Shown one piece after another: positions 25,401 through 39,700 of a DNA stretch of 64,000 bases (the stretch's first letter is position 1; each line of letters starts with the position of its first letter). Source of the DNA: Camelus ferus. Taxonomy: Eukaryota. The notes under the pieces were generated by a model, which did not search any database, was not told where the DNA came from, and saw only the letters and a list, made by a program, of their open reading frames with translations. The stretch covers positions 91,576,001-91,640,000 of the forward strand of contig NC_045697.1 of assembly GCF_009834535.1 (NCBI RefSeq), read 5' to 3'. The position numbers and the translations under genes are program-made.

Positions 25401-28400
25401 GGTATTAATTAGCAATTCATGTGAAAATGTTAGTCCAAGTATTAAATATAGATAATTGATTTATTTCAGGTGTTGAGTGGTATTTGTAAAGCATGCATCT
25501 TTAAATTTAAATTGATGGTATCTTCTAAGTTCTAGAACTATAAAACTCTATTTTTTAAAAACTTCATAGTAGTACTGTGATACTTATTTCTAAAAAAAAG
25601 TAGCTGTATATTTTGAGAAGGATTTTCCATCCAGATATTTTATGTTTTTGTAATTTACAGTTTTCGTTGAATAACTTAGGGGAAATAAGATGATCTTTTC
25701 ATGGAATCATAGTGTACTGGAACTCTACCTGTGAGGATCTATTAGTCTTGCTACCTTAAACATACCTGTGTCTACATCTGAGGCCTCTTGATTCCAAATC
25801 CAAAACCTTCCAATATATGCTGTTGTCCTGTTTAAAAATTCACTTCTTGATGTACTAGAATTTAATAAGAAATTCTTTCTCTAAAATCTCTCTTGAAACC
25901 ATATTTACAACTTTGTTGTGGACATCAAAACCTGAATATATTCTTTCTTTACCCAAACTTCTCATGGTAAATCTGAGCTTGTCCTCATACACAATCACTT
26001 TTATTTCTGACTTTCCAGTTTCTGTTGAGTTATTCTCCAGGTTACCAGCCTTGAGATCCTGATGTCATCATGATCTCTTCTTTTTTTCTCCCCCTCAAAC
26101 ATTTATCGCGTTCTGTTGATTCTTCTCTGGGGATGTCTCTTGACCATGCCCCTTCGTGTCCATCCTCAGCATGACTTCTTAAGGATTGTCTAGACTATTA
26201 TAGTGTGCTTTCAGGTGGTGTTTCTGCTCCCAGAGTCTTCCTGATCCTGATTATCCTATCCACAATGACCTGGCTGGTGCTTCTAAAATGCTGTTTTGAT
26301 TATGTTACTCCATTTTTTCAAGAAGATTAATAGCTCCATTTTGCTTGCAGGGTTAAGCCCCAAATTGTTAGATTGCTATTCAAGGCATTTGATTGGCTTT
26401 TCCTCAAACTGTGTTCAATTACTGTCCTTCCAGAAACCTCTGCCTCAACTAAGCAGATCTGCTCATTTTAAGTTAAATAACTTGAACCTTGAGCACACAG
26501 AGTTTTCCTTTCTTTCTGCCTACCCAAACCCTCTCTTTTTGACCTGACTGAAATGTTACCTCTCCTGTGAATCCTTCTAAGATAATCCAGTTCATAGTGA
26601 TTACTCTACCTTTTGAACTCCTACTATACGTATAAAAAGAGAGAGATGTGCTGTTCCATTTTTTTTTTAGAAATTTATTATATGCTGCTTTGTGGCATTT
26701 ACATATCCCCATATTGAATTTTCTGTAGTATTTTTGCCTGCAGTTTAAACTCTTAGGTACTATCTTGTTTCCTTTATTGTATTTAAAACTCTTTGAAGGC
26801 AGGAACATGTATTTTCTGTCCCCTGAGTGGATTTACTATAAAGCTAATGAAGGTTATGCTTCAGGGCTTATACTTGCATAGGTCCCTTCTAAAGTTCTCT
26901 GTCTAATTTTGTTTTCATAGTTTTGTATTTTTACTTTCAGACAGGGTCCTCCCAAATTGTATAAGCTTCTAGTCCCATAAGTCCTAGATCCACCTCTGAA
27001 TGGGAATGAAAGCTAACAATTAATATTCATTTTGTGCTTATGTTGTGGCACTTTTTTGCTATAGTGTATCTGTTTAGCTACAGATAGAAAGAACTCCCCT
27101 CCTCTGTGCCATTCAAATCCCAATATAATTAATTACATTAATTTCCTTATTTGTAAAAACAATGAATACAGAAATCTGGCAGAAACAAGCACATACAAAG
27201 CAGGAGAAAATACAGGAGCTCTCTCAGCAGCTTCTTTTGGACCCCAAAGTCTTGGTAATGACACGGTCCTAGCAGGGCTCAGTCATGAAGGGTCTCAGAA
27301 GGTGAATGATTTGTTATGCGGTGGCCTTTTATGGTTGGGATTTAAGTTATCATTCAAGAAAATCTTACACTAGCAGTAACGTGTCCTTAACCAGAAATAT
27401 TTGGAGATGTATGAATTCTCCTGGTTCTCAAGCCTTCTTGGCATTTGAAAGTCACAGTCTTAACAAGGTAGGGGTAGAAGAATGGAGACACTCCAGTGCG
27501 TAGGATGCCCTGAGCAGAATCTCTGTCCTCAGCTGGACAGCATTCTGGTGAGTGCTTTGCAAGTATTGTTTCGTTTAATCGTCATGGCAATTCTGTGAGA
27601 TAGGCATGGTTACTATCACCATTTTACAAATGAGGAAGCAGAGGCTCAGAGAAGTTCATTATCTTACCTAAGATCACACAGTACATAAATAATGGAGCTA
27701 GTACTCAAAAAGCCAGGTTGTCTGATTTTAGAACTAGAATGTTAGAAATTCCTTATAGTAGATGAATTAGTTTGTATTATCTTTTAAAAAATTATTTTTG
27801 AAATCCTCTTTTTATTTACTTACATCCCTCAAGTATGTTCATTGACATTAGTTTTGAGAAATATGTTGAGGGGGAAAAAAAGATCCCAGTGGAAGAAATT
27901 TTGGAAAACACTGAAAACTCTATTTGTCCCTTGGAGAGTCACTATGAATATTATTAATAAACTAGTAATTCCCAAATCTTTCAGAAGAGACATCTGTTTC
28001 ATATTATTAACCCAACATACACGAATATATTTTCCTTTGTTATTTATATATATAAATACTTAATATATAAACTATATATATATTTAGTCTTTGTATATTA
28101 TATATATTCTTTATATATTATATATTCTTTTTATATCAGTAATACTAATAACAACAATGACTACTACAATTTATTAAGTACTTACTATGTGCCAGACACT
28201 GTTCTAAGAACTTCATGCATTAGTTCTATGACGTAGATATCATTTTTATCTCCATTTCACAGGTTAGGAAACTGCTACATAAGGCAGTTGAGAAATTTGT
28301 CCAAGGTTGCGTGAGTGGCTTAGGCACAATTTGAAATCAACTATGATTCTAAGCTGCCTCCCATATTAAATATCTACTGTCTATAGAAATTCTGTGGAAT

Positions 28401-30686
28401 TGATGTTTCAATGAAATTACTTTGGGAAAGAATTGAAGCAGAATGTTTTGCATAGACAACAGATAAATTGCTTTAACTTTTAATATTCACAAGGTCCCAA
28501 GAACGTTACACTGGATTTTCTAAAATAGTGTGCAGTAACGTTGAATATAAAACTTTAATTTTTATAAGCCACTAGATTTTCCTTCTTCAAAATGTGACTC
28601 TTTACAAATATTTACTTTCCTTTTTTTTTTAAAGAGGAATTCATTTTTTTAATCAAAATTTATGAACTTGCCTTGTAACATTTTTATGATAGCCCTACTG
28701 GAATTAGCTTTTTCTATTTGACTAAAACAGAATTCCTGTGGGGTGTTTCACGTTTTGGGTCGTCACCACGGTAAGGGTGAATTAACAGAGTGCACTGTCA
28801 GGGCAGACCCCTTCTGGATTTGAAGTGTAATTAAAGGCATCGGTGAACTCACTTGGAGTCCCCGGAGCTTCCATTTCCCCTCAGATGTTAGGCAAGGACT
28901 GAAAATAGCAACCCAGGTGTGGAGGACATGAGGTGACAGCAGACTCCATGGCCAGGAGGGAGGGGTGGGGATCACACAGTCAGGATTCTTGTCCTGACTC
29001 TTTGTGGTTTCAGGATGTTATCCTCAGATGCCCGCGGGGATGTTTGAGCACCAAGGTCTGCGTCTGGCAGGTGGTCCCCCTCCGTGAACGGCCAGTGCAG
29101 GAGATGGAGCCTCTGACAACATCCATGCTCTGCAATTCTTCTCCCAGTCTGGCTTCCTGAGTTCCCACTTGGCAACCTCTCTAAATGTTTACTTTCTCGA
29201 CTCTTTCCAGATTAAATTTCTCAATACGATGATTGTTTTTTATTTGCAGTTGTTGAATTTTTTTTTTTGAACAGCAAGACTAAACAGTACCTGGAGGTGG
29301 AACTCTACCTGTAAGTTCTCTTTTAACTCACACAGACTGCTTGCTACTTTAGGCTAGCTTTCCAAATAGTTTTAAAAAAACATTAAACTCTTAAACATTC
29401 TATTTGGGTTGCAAAATGTATGTGAGTCCCACCCACATTTATTATTATAGACATCATACAAAGTTAGAAGCATTAAAGTAGGTAGACTATGCAGAATCAC
29501 ACAGGTGACTGAGATGATGATATTTCCTTACGGTTGACCTACTTCCTGATTTAAATTCATCATAATTGATGTTTTTTCATGAAACTAGTCTTACAGATAT
29601 CAAAATTAGAGAGAGCTTCTCACATAGTTATGATACCCAATGTTTTTTAGGATATTTGTAATCCCTAATTCAACTCCACTGAGTAAGTTCGACACACACA
29701 CACGCCAACCCACCTATATGCTTTATAGACTGAGCCAACAAGCAAACCAAGTTTAGAAGCTAATTTCCTAATGAGATGAGTTCTGTGCTCTAAAGCATTT
29801 TTTTAAACTTTAAACTTTTAAAATTTAAACCCATCTATTTAACCCTGTCCAGGGCGTCACCCATTTCTTCACGAAGTCTGTAAAGAGTTTATGGATTCTT
29901 CTGGCCCTTACTGTGCTGGAAAAACAGTATTGCTATCTGTAAAGATGCTCAGTCAAGGAGTACGGTTTAGAGACATATTGCATGGGTATAGCATTAAAGA
30001 AAGAAAGAACTCTTTAGGTAGTAATTTTGGATTGTTAAATGCAGTTTTACCACACTTAAACAGCACTTAGCATGTTCGGTCTGTTTGAATCACTCCACAT
30101 TCTGCCTGTGAAAGTGCGGTACTGGACTTCTCTCTGTGACAGCCAGTCATCTAAGTCATGGTATTTTGGTCATCTATTTTGGTAAAAGTTGTTCCTTAGG
30201 GTGCTTGTTCATTCTGGCCTCTTCTCGCAAGGCTTGTTTTGTGATTTTCTTCAATGTAACAAATGAGCAGCTTCAGTTAGGTGTAGCCAAGTCACTGAAC
30301 CTATGTTTTTTTTTTTTTAAATCACATATTTTGTGGGATTTTTCTCCTTTGATGATAAAAGAAAATCATATACATTGTAAAGCACTTAAAAGATAATAAA
30401 AGGCACATATACAAATGAAAATCATCTGTGATACTACTACCCAGATAAAATCACTGTTCACCCTTTGGATGTATAACCAGGCATCTCAGTGGCTGAATGT
30501 GACCAACAGATTGTTTTTGTTTTTGTTTTTTGCTTTTTGTTTTTTGTTTTTGCTTATAGTATGTTTTTTATAGTGTGTTTTTACAATTTTGAATTTAAGT
30601 GCTTATACTCAAAGAGTGCTTCTCGTAGTTACAGTGCATGCCTGGTCTTCTGCATATTTCAGCATGTGATCTCTGGAATCACAGTG

Positions 30687-30718
<32 letters not shown>

Positions 30719-33700
30719 TGAGCACACTATCATATTGTAGAAAATGAGCAGGAAGCAATCAGCATTAGAGTCCTTCTGTCTCAAATCCCAAGTTCCCAGT
30801 AAAAATTTGCTTTCCATTGCATTCCTTTCCCTTAGAGGAAAAAGGATAAGTGGCAGAGGGAACCACCATTCTACTCTTGGCTTTGGCATTACTCACACTG
30901 CTAAAATGCTTCATCAATTTGGATATGTACACCAGAACTTTTGTGCACCAATCAGGCAGTTCTGATCCTTTCATTGAAGCAAAGTGTGAGATGATAAAAT
31001 AAGCTAATCAACGAGGCATTTTAAAGCACTGTATTGTTGTTGCCAAGTCACGCTGGTGAAACCTAGGATCTGCTAATTGCAGCATCAGTTGTTTTAGAGA
31101 ATGAGAATGGCAACAATAGTGACTAACACTAATGTAATGCTTACATTGTGTCAGGTGTTATTCTAAGCACTTTTCACTTGTTAAGTCCTTTCGCCACACT
31201 GTAATCCATTTTATAGGTAAGGAAACATATCTCTGTTGAATAACTTAACCAAGGTTTCACAGCTAGTTAGTAGCAGAGTCTAAATCTGGATCCAGGCAGT
31301 CTGTTTTTAAAGTCTGTGCTCTTTAATCACTGTGCTGTCTCTGTTGATAGCTTAATAATTTCATTAACTTAAGTTGCTAAGGTAATTTCTTCAAAATGAA
31401 TCAGTTATTTTCTTCACTTATATTAATTGTGTGGACGTTCACATCTCAAAGAGGAGAATAGTTTCATTGAGTAAAACCCAAATGTTTTGTAGTTTTAATC
31501 ATATAAATGCATAAAACATTAAAAAAAGAAAACAAAAAAATAGGGCTCAACATTGAAAACCTTGATTATTTATAAGACCAAATATTTTGATGTATAAACT
31601 AATTCTATACTTCTAGATATTTTGTGACTAAGTAAAATTGAAGCTCTCCTATATTCATCAAAATTCTTTTAAGGTGAGGAAACTACAACTCAAGGAAATT
31701 TGGGCAGAGAGAAAGAATTGTTGGTTCAGATACTTAAAATCAGAGTTGGACTTGCTGGCCTGTTTTAGTTTGCCTCAATCCAAAGAATAAAGTGATGTCA
31801 ATGAGTATTCACTCTTGAGCTTTTCTCTTCTCACACCTCCATATCCTCCCCACCCCCTTCTCCTCAAATTCATCTCTAAATGCCTTCCACATCCATGTGT
31901 GACTGTGTTACTCTTTCCTCCTATAGAGAGGGATTTCCTTTATGAGGTAGTGAGGAAGTGAGTGACTCAGCAGTTGAAAATCTGTAGCAATCCTAATTTA
32001 GCCACTTTGAAGGAACCAGATTGCTTCTTCCCGCTTCAGTATGTAAGGAGACTGTGATACTGTCATTGGCAGCCCTGCCAGAACCACATAGTTCAAAGGG
32101 TGAAGTTCTTCAGAGGCAATGAGAGTTCTGAGAAAAAGAGAGAAGGAAAATCTGGCAGAGGGACGTGGCTAGTGTCCATGATATCTCTGTATCTCCAGAA
32201 CAGTTATTACGTAATTCTTAAATATGAATCCTTATGGGTTATTCAAGTTCTTTATGTTTTCTTTCTTTTTTGTTTACCTGGACCCCTGCCTTTAGGCAAA
32301 CTTTCTGGGGTACTGAATGGACAAACAAATGTGCATAAGCTATTTTGCCATACACTAGGAACCACTAAAGTATGTTGTCTGGAGATAAGACAGACATTAT
32401 TAGCATTTTAATTTCTTCTGTTAAAAGAATTTGTCTTGTGTAGTCCCGAGATTAATAAGAAGATCGAGAATTTATCATTTTGGGTTTTCAAGTTCTCACG
32501 TGTTAAGAATTCTCTGAATGTCTTAATAGATATGCTTCATTAACTCACCACATATATTGCCAATTTGAAGATTTTATTATTTAGATTATATAAAGGTAGG
32601 CATTTTACTCTAGGTCATTATTGCCTATATTGTCTTTCTAAGGCAGGATCCTGGAAGGAACTAGATTATCTTGATATGTTGGAAGTCCTGCTTCAATTAA
32701 TCTTAATAGAGCATTCTAGCATGTCGTTTATAATTCTTGAAATGAATGTAATTAAGAGAATGAAATTATTTAATGTAAAATATGTCATGATTACTGATTA
32801 ACTTATTTAAAACACTTATTTAGGGGGATGTTCACTGTGTTCCAGGCATTGTTTTAAGCACTGAAGATACAATAGTGAAAAAAATAGACAAAAAGTCCTT
32901 TCCTCATGGAACGTTTATTCAGTGAATTATAGTACATAGATTATAATATGAATGGTTGTATTATTGACATAATTTTATGGACACTATGTGATTGACTTAT
33001 AAATAACATTTATTGAGGACTTACATATGCTAGGCTATGCTAAGCATACTGCACGTTATTCTTATTCAGGCTTCACCTGGGAAGTATCATTATTTTACTC
33101 ATTTTACAGGAAAGGAAACTGAGGTATAAGCAACTGAGATGTCCTCAATGGCAGAGGAGGGATTCAAACACAGACTCATCCTAATTGGAAGCCCACACTC
33201 TTAACCACCATGCTGTGTTGCTTCCAGTGCCCAAAGCATTAGCAAGAACAGACTGGGGCCTCAATAAATGATTATTGCATGAAAGTATTTCTGAGCCACA
33301 CTTAAAGTAATGGCATTGTGTTAAGCACTGGAGACAATGCAGAGATGAGTGTGACAAAGTCCTTTATCTTATTTGCTTAAATTAAATTTATTAATAACTT
33401 GCAGGGGGCCATTAACTAAGATGTTTGTAAAGTGACAGAATTTAGAGCAGATATAAGTATGGCAAATGTCAACAGATGTCATGTTATAAATTAGGATAGT
33501 AAATTACTCCATGATTATAACATGAATCAATCAAGCAGTGTAAAACTGCTACTTATTATAAATGATGAATAAGAGGAATTTTCAGTTCCAATAAAATTAA
33601 TCTCGAAACCATGAAACATAATTTTATGTCTATACTCTGAATCTAGAGCTTACCCTTTAGATTTTAAAATATATTTGTTTGAAAGATTTTGTGGGTTTTT

Positions 33701-36700
33701 TTAAGGGTAGGGATATGTAAATTTGATATTGTATAAAAATGAAAATTCAAGAACATTTTTTCTAGTTACTCAGATGTATTTCCCAGTAATCTTATTTCTT
33801 GGTTCTAAAGGTTGCCTTTTCTTTACCCCTTCCTCTTCTTTCCCTCATTCTCTCTGACCCTTTTGTCCTGCCTCCTACTTTCTCTTCCTTGTCCCAACTT
33901 TTCTTTTCCTATCTGGCTAGAATTGTAGAATATTAGGGCTGGAAGAAACTTTAAGCAATATCTATTCCAAAGTTTTATTCAGTTTAGAAGTCTCTCCTAT
34001 TGTATCCAACCTTTGATTGAAAAGAAGATACAGTGTTGAAAGGGCAGTAGCCTCTAAAGAATGCTATTGTTAGAAAGTAATTATATTTAATTGAAACTCA
34101 TTTCTATATACTTGCTAGATGTTGTTCCTAATTTTGCCTTTTAGATGCACGAAAGCAAGTTTTATTTCTCATCTATATGATAAGTTTGGCAAAAACCTAA
34201 TCACAGGGCTACATCTAGCTGCAAGGGAGGCTGAGAAATGTCACCTCTAGCCAGGCAGTCACATACAGCTAAACCTAATAATGTCTGTTATTAAAAGGTA
34301 GCAAGGAAGAATAGAGCCTGATGGACAATTAGCAGTAATGCTGCATGTATAAAACAGGAACACAAGTGAAACATAAACATCATGTTCTGTGTTCTTGTAT
34401 GTAATGATCATTCAGATACGGCTACAAGAGGAGACCCAGGAGGAGGTCAGAAAAACAAAGTTTATTATACTCATAGGTCCTAGAAAGAGAAGGCATGGTA
34501 TACCATGAAGAGCAACATGGGGAAGCACTGGTATGGGTCAGGAGCCAGAAGGGGCAGAGGAGAGGGGGGCATGTAGGCTTGGATTTTCTGAGGGAAAGGC
34601 AAGGCAGGGCAGGATAAACAGATTAGGTTTGGTTAGTTTGAAAAAATTTGGCAGTCTCTAAGCTCTAAGGGTGCTCCCTACTTGCCTGCTACCTGGACCT
34701 GGCCTTCAGATGATTAAGGCAGAAGAATTCTGCCTCCTGGTTGATACAGCCAGATAAAGGAGGTATGGCTCTGGGTTGATTAGTTTACATATCAGAGGTA
34801 TCCTGGGAGCCTGATGAGATACTACCTCACTCCTCTTAGAATGGCTGTTATCAAGAAGACTAGCAAGGATGAAGAGAAAAGGGAACCCTTGCATACTGTT
34901 GGTGGGAATGTAAATTGGTGCAGCTGCTATGGAAAACAATATGGAAGTTCCTCAAAAAATTGAAAGTAGAACTATCATATGACCCATCAATTCCATTTCT
35001 GGGTGTTTATCTGAAGAAAATGAAAACACTAATTTGAAAAAATACGTGCACCTGCATGTTTATTGTAGCATTACTTATAACAGCCAAGACATGGAAATAA
35101 TCTAAGTGTTCACTGATAGATGAATATATAAAGATGTGGCATATATATACAATGGAATATTATTCAGCCATAAAAAAGAATACAGTCTTGCCACTTGTGC
35201 AACATGAATAGACCTCAAGGGCATTATACTAAGTGAAATAAGTCAGATAGAGAAAGACAATTATCTGATTATCTCTCTTATATGAGGAATCTAAAATTAT
35301 CTATCTGTCTATATTGATAGATGGAAAGAGACAGAAAGATGTTCTAAGCTCACAGATACAGAAAATAGATTGGTGGTTGCCAGAGGTGGGGGTTGGGGGG
35401 TGGGAGAAATGGATGAACTGTTTTGGGTTTTTTTAAGTTTAAATAAATTGAATTTAAAAAGAAAGAAAACAAAAAAAAAACTAAGATACACTTTTGTATA
35501 TTTTTCTTTCTAAAAAGTATGAATTTATGTGCCTTAGATGTTTCTTAGGATGTCAGTGAAATGATGGAGAAATGTAGAAAGTATATACAATTTTATTTTC
35601 AAAAAATATGTTCTTTGTTATTTTTACCAGTCACTGTAATTTATTTTTTAAAAATATAAATAATATGCATCTCTATAAGAAATTAAATATGTAGATCAAA
35701 TAGTGCTAAATTGAGCATCATTTTATTTTATCCACTATTACAAATGAACTAAGTGTGATAAATAATACAATTTAAAGAAATTAAGTATCAAAATTCTCCA
35801 GTTTAATTTGCTTATGTTACCAACTTTGAACATTACTAATTTAAATTTTCAATTTTAAAACATCTTTATTGGCAAGCTGAATTCTTAAGAGATACTTCTA
35901 GGATGTTCATTTCTTAACATTTTGGACGAGGCAGTTTAGTTTTTGACCTTGTGAATATGACATAACGGCAAATATGTACTCAATTTAGACTGGATGAAAG
36001 GCACACATCTCTTGTATGAAAGGCAGTAAATTGAGGGCTGAATTGATGCTGATACTTTGCCATCTCCATTTTAAGAGCACAATCCTTTAGCATATTATGA
36101 ACAGTGTGTTGAATATTTTTAACATGAATCTTAACAGCCGGTCCTGAAATTAATGTTCTTTTATCTGACAACTTCCCCATTAATAGAAATAGAGCTGAAA
36201 ATTTAGATAAAGTTTAGATTTATGGACAATGTTTAGGCTACCTTTAATAGTAGGTTTTCTAAAAGTTGAGTAAGTCTGCATAACCTGTACAAATGGAAAA
36301 AGACAAACATCTTCCTTTTAACTGTGTAATTGTAAGTGTTTTGGGTCCCACCATTACTCATTCTTAGCTATAGTCAATTAAGTAACCTGCAGTTTTCTGA
36401 GAATGAGCTACTAGAAAATCACAAATAAGATTAGATAAAAATTACAGCTGGGTGACTTTTTAATCTGAAAATACCCGAACTGTCAGCCTAGTTTCAACTC
36501 TGTCATGATTCTTTTTGTTTGCTTAGGCACAGACAGCACCTGGTCTTACTGCTCTCCAGTGGTGATGCATTTGCAGTGAGTACAACACATCTTTACTGAA
36601 TAAAATCTACCTTTGTTTTACAATGGCTATATTTTAAAATGTAGGTTTGCATGATTTTGGAAATTTGAATTTTTACATACTTGGTGTTTAACTTTCATTT

Positions 36701-39700
36701 CCTTCTCAAAGTTGTGGGAAGAGGAAGCAAAATAAGAGAGGCCAAGGGCTTGAGTAGGGCTGAAATGCATGAGGCAAATATAGATATATTTTTTGATATA
36801 TCACTGGTGTGGCTGGTATACGGGTAGATTATTAATACGGCTTGTTGTTTTACATGTGCTCTTGCACATTGTGTTTAATAATGATAACTGCTCTTCTGAG
36901 ATTGAAGTTTCTACACACTTCTCTAAAAGGAGCAGCAGAGAATAGTGTGTATTTAGTTGGAAAATTTCATATAAACTGAGGACACTTTGAACAATGAAGG
37001 TGGAATTTTTTTAAGAAGTGAAAAAATATTTCAAAATAACTGAAAAGTACAGTAAATATGACATCTAACACTTAGATCTAACATTCCCCATCAAAAGGAT
37101 TTGACAGATATTAAAAAATAAATCTTTATAGATGCAGCCAATACCCTTCTCTTATCCCTTACCATTCCTTTTTTTTTTCCCTTCTTCCTACCTTTTCCAG
37201 TTTTTGTGACTTTCATTAGTCTAAAGTTGGTCAGTATCATTTCTATAATATTTTCTTGCTTTTTTAACATGTTTGTTTCCATATAAATTGTTTTTTAAAA
37301 AAATATTTTAAAAGTTTGTGAAATGGTCTGTTCTTAATGAATTGGGAAGAGCCATTAACTAAGATGTTTTTGTAAATGTAATCTAGGTCAGTTATATATA
37401 AATATGGCAAAAGTCAAATATTTTGCAAAGTCATATATTTTGTAATGGTTCACATATCTTATTATAAGACATCAAATCATATGTTCCTCAACTGGTGGAC
37501 AATCAGATAGTTTCCATAATTTTTAAAAAAGCAACTTTATTATTATAAAAATTATTTGTAAAATGCACATGATTTAAAAATCAACTAAAAGGCTTATAGG
37601 ACTAAATACAATATTTCTTTGACTCATTATTCTTCACTGCAGTCTTTCCATGGGCAATTGCTTTCAAGAGTTTTAGCTGCTTTTTTTAGTTTTCATATTG
37701 AAATACTAAGTCTGTGTTTTGGTAGTTCCTTTTTAATCGTTAAGAAAAGACACAGTAGATGATGTATCTCTCTTTTCTCGCAGTAATATATTCAGACATA
37801 AACTTTTTGTTGTCAAGGATATCTCAGTCAAAGAGTGTGCTAAGAAGGCCAAGATTAGAGGTTTGATCCTTTGTGTGGTCCATGACTATAGATTACAATC
37901 CTAACTTTGGTCAGCTTTTCACATTTGTATTCTATTGGTTTCAAACTTTTCAGAAAATAGGAAAGCAAAGAAAAAACCAGAAGCCTGTTGTAAACTTGCT
38001 TACAGTGGTAGAAATACAGGATTTAAGAGCTGAAACAATGACCTGTCTATAAAAAGTGTAACACAGTATTGAGGAGTTCTTTTCTAACTCTAGAAGCAAA
38101 ATTCTCAGTACAGGACCACACCTACTGCAGGAACAGTGGTCTCAACCACTGGAGTTTACAAAGGATTGCACACTCTGTTAGGAAGCCTTGTTTTATTTTG
38201 ATTTGTTATTTAAGTTTTGGAGCAAGGGGAAATAACAAAAATTGACCCAAGGTCTCTTGGCTATTTTGTTTAAGAAAAAGTAATGGGAGACTTTTTGAAT
38301 TGGAGGACATTTGCATTATTGATCTTACATTATAAAATATTTCCAGGACTGTTACTTCAAAGTGGTAGTGAGTAGAAAAATTTAAGAAGACTAAGCATTG
38401 GCAATAAAAAAAAAAAAGAGAGATAGGAAGGAAGATAATAGTCTTTTTCTTAATAGTAAAAGAATAATTTATTATCTATCATTTGTTTTCCTCAGAACCA
38501 TGCTGGATATAGCCCTTTTTAAAAAAAAAAATATTGTGGTAAGAACAAAAATCATGAGATCTACTCTTTTAAATTTTTAAGTGTTTATTATGTTATTGTT
38601 GACTGTTGGTATAATGTGCAGCAGATCTCTAGAGCTTATTCATTTTGCTAAACTGAAACTTATGCTTACTGATTAGTAATTCCCCAATTCCCATTCCCCC
38701 AAACCCTGGATTTTATTCTTTGATTCTGTGAAGCTGACTATTTTGAATACCTCACATAAATGGAATTTTACCGTATTTGTCTTTCTGTGACTGGCTTGTT
38801 ATTTCACTTAGCATAATGTCCTCAAAATCCATCCATTTTGTTACATATTGCAGAATTTACTTCTTTTTAAAAGTCTGAATAGTATTTCACTGTATACATA
38901 TACCACATTTCCTTTATCCATTCGTGATGGGGGAATAATCTTAAGAGAATTTGCAAAACATACTAAAGATTGACTTATCTATTGAGTCGTCTTAGATCAG
39001 CACTATCCAGCAGAAGTTCCTGTGAATTTGGAAAATGTTCTGTATATGCTTTGCCCCAAGTGGTAGCCACTAGCCACATGAAATGTGGCTATTGCAACTG
39101 AGAAACTGAATTTTAACTTTTATTTAATTTTAATTAATTCAAATATAAATTTAAATTGCCAGGTGTGGCTAATGGCTACCATATTGGACAGTGAAGTTCT
39201 AGAGAAAATATCACATAAAGGTATGGCATCTTCTTTTTCCTTTTAAATATAATTGTGCTTTTTAATCTTTAATGTGTTTGAGAAGATATGAATATGACTA
39301 GCATTTCAATTGTGAAAGTGGAAAGGAGAGAAAAGTTATAAAAGGAATGTTTTAAGAAACCAATCTATGTATTGTTTGAGAACTACTTAATCTAAAACAA
39401 GCTGCTGATTTAATACCATTAAATTATATATATACATATAAATATATAAAATATGATAAAAATAAAAAATTTAACATATTCACACTAAGTTACATAAAGA
39501 TATACTACTCACTTAATGTCATTAAATTCTGTGTATATATACTTATAGATACATGATATATTTTATATCTGATAAGAAAGAACACGTGTACTAATATCAA
39601 CTCTAGAAGATGTGGGTATCGTAACATTAATGAAAATAAAGGAATAATTTCAAATTGTGGTGATCTTATGCACACTTACACTATCTATCAATAAAAATGA

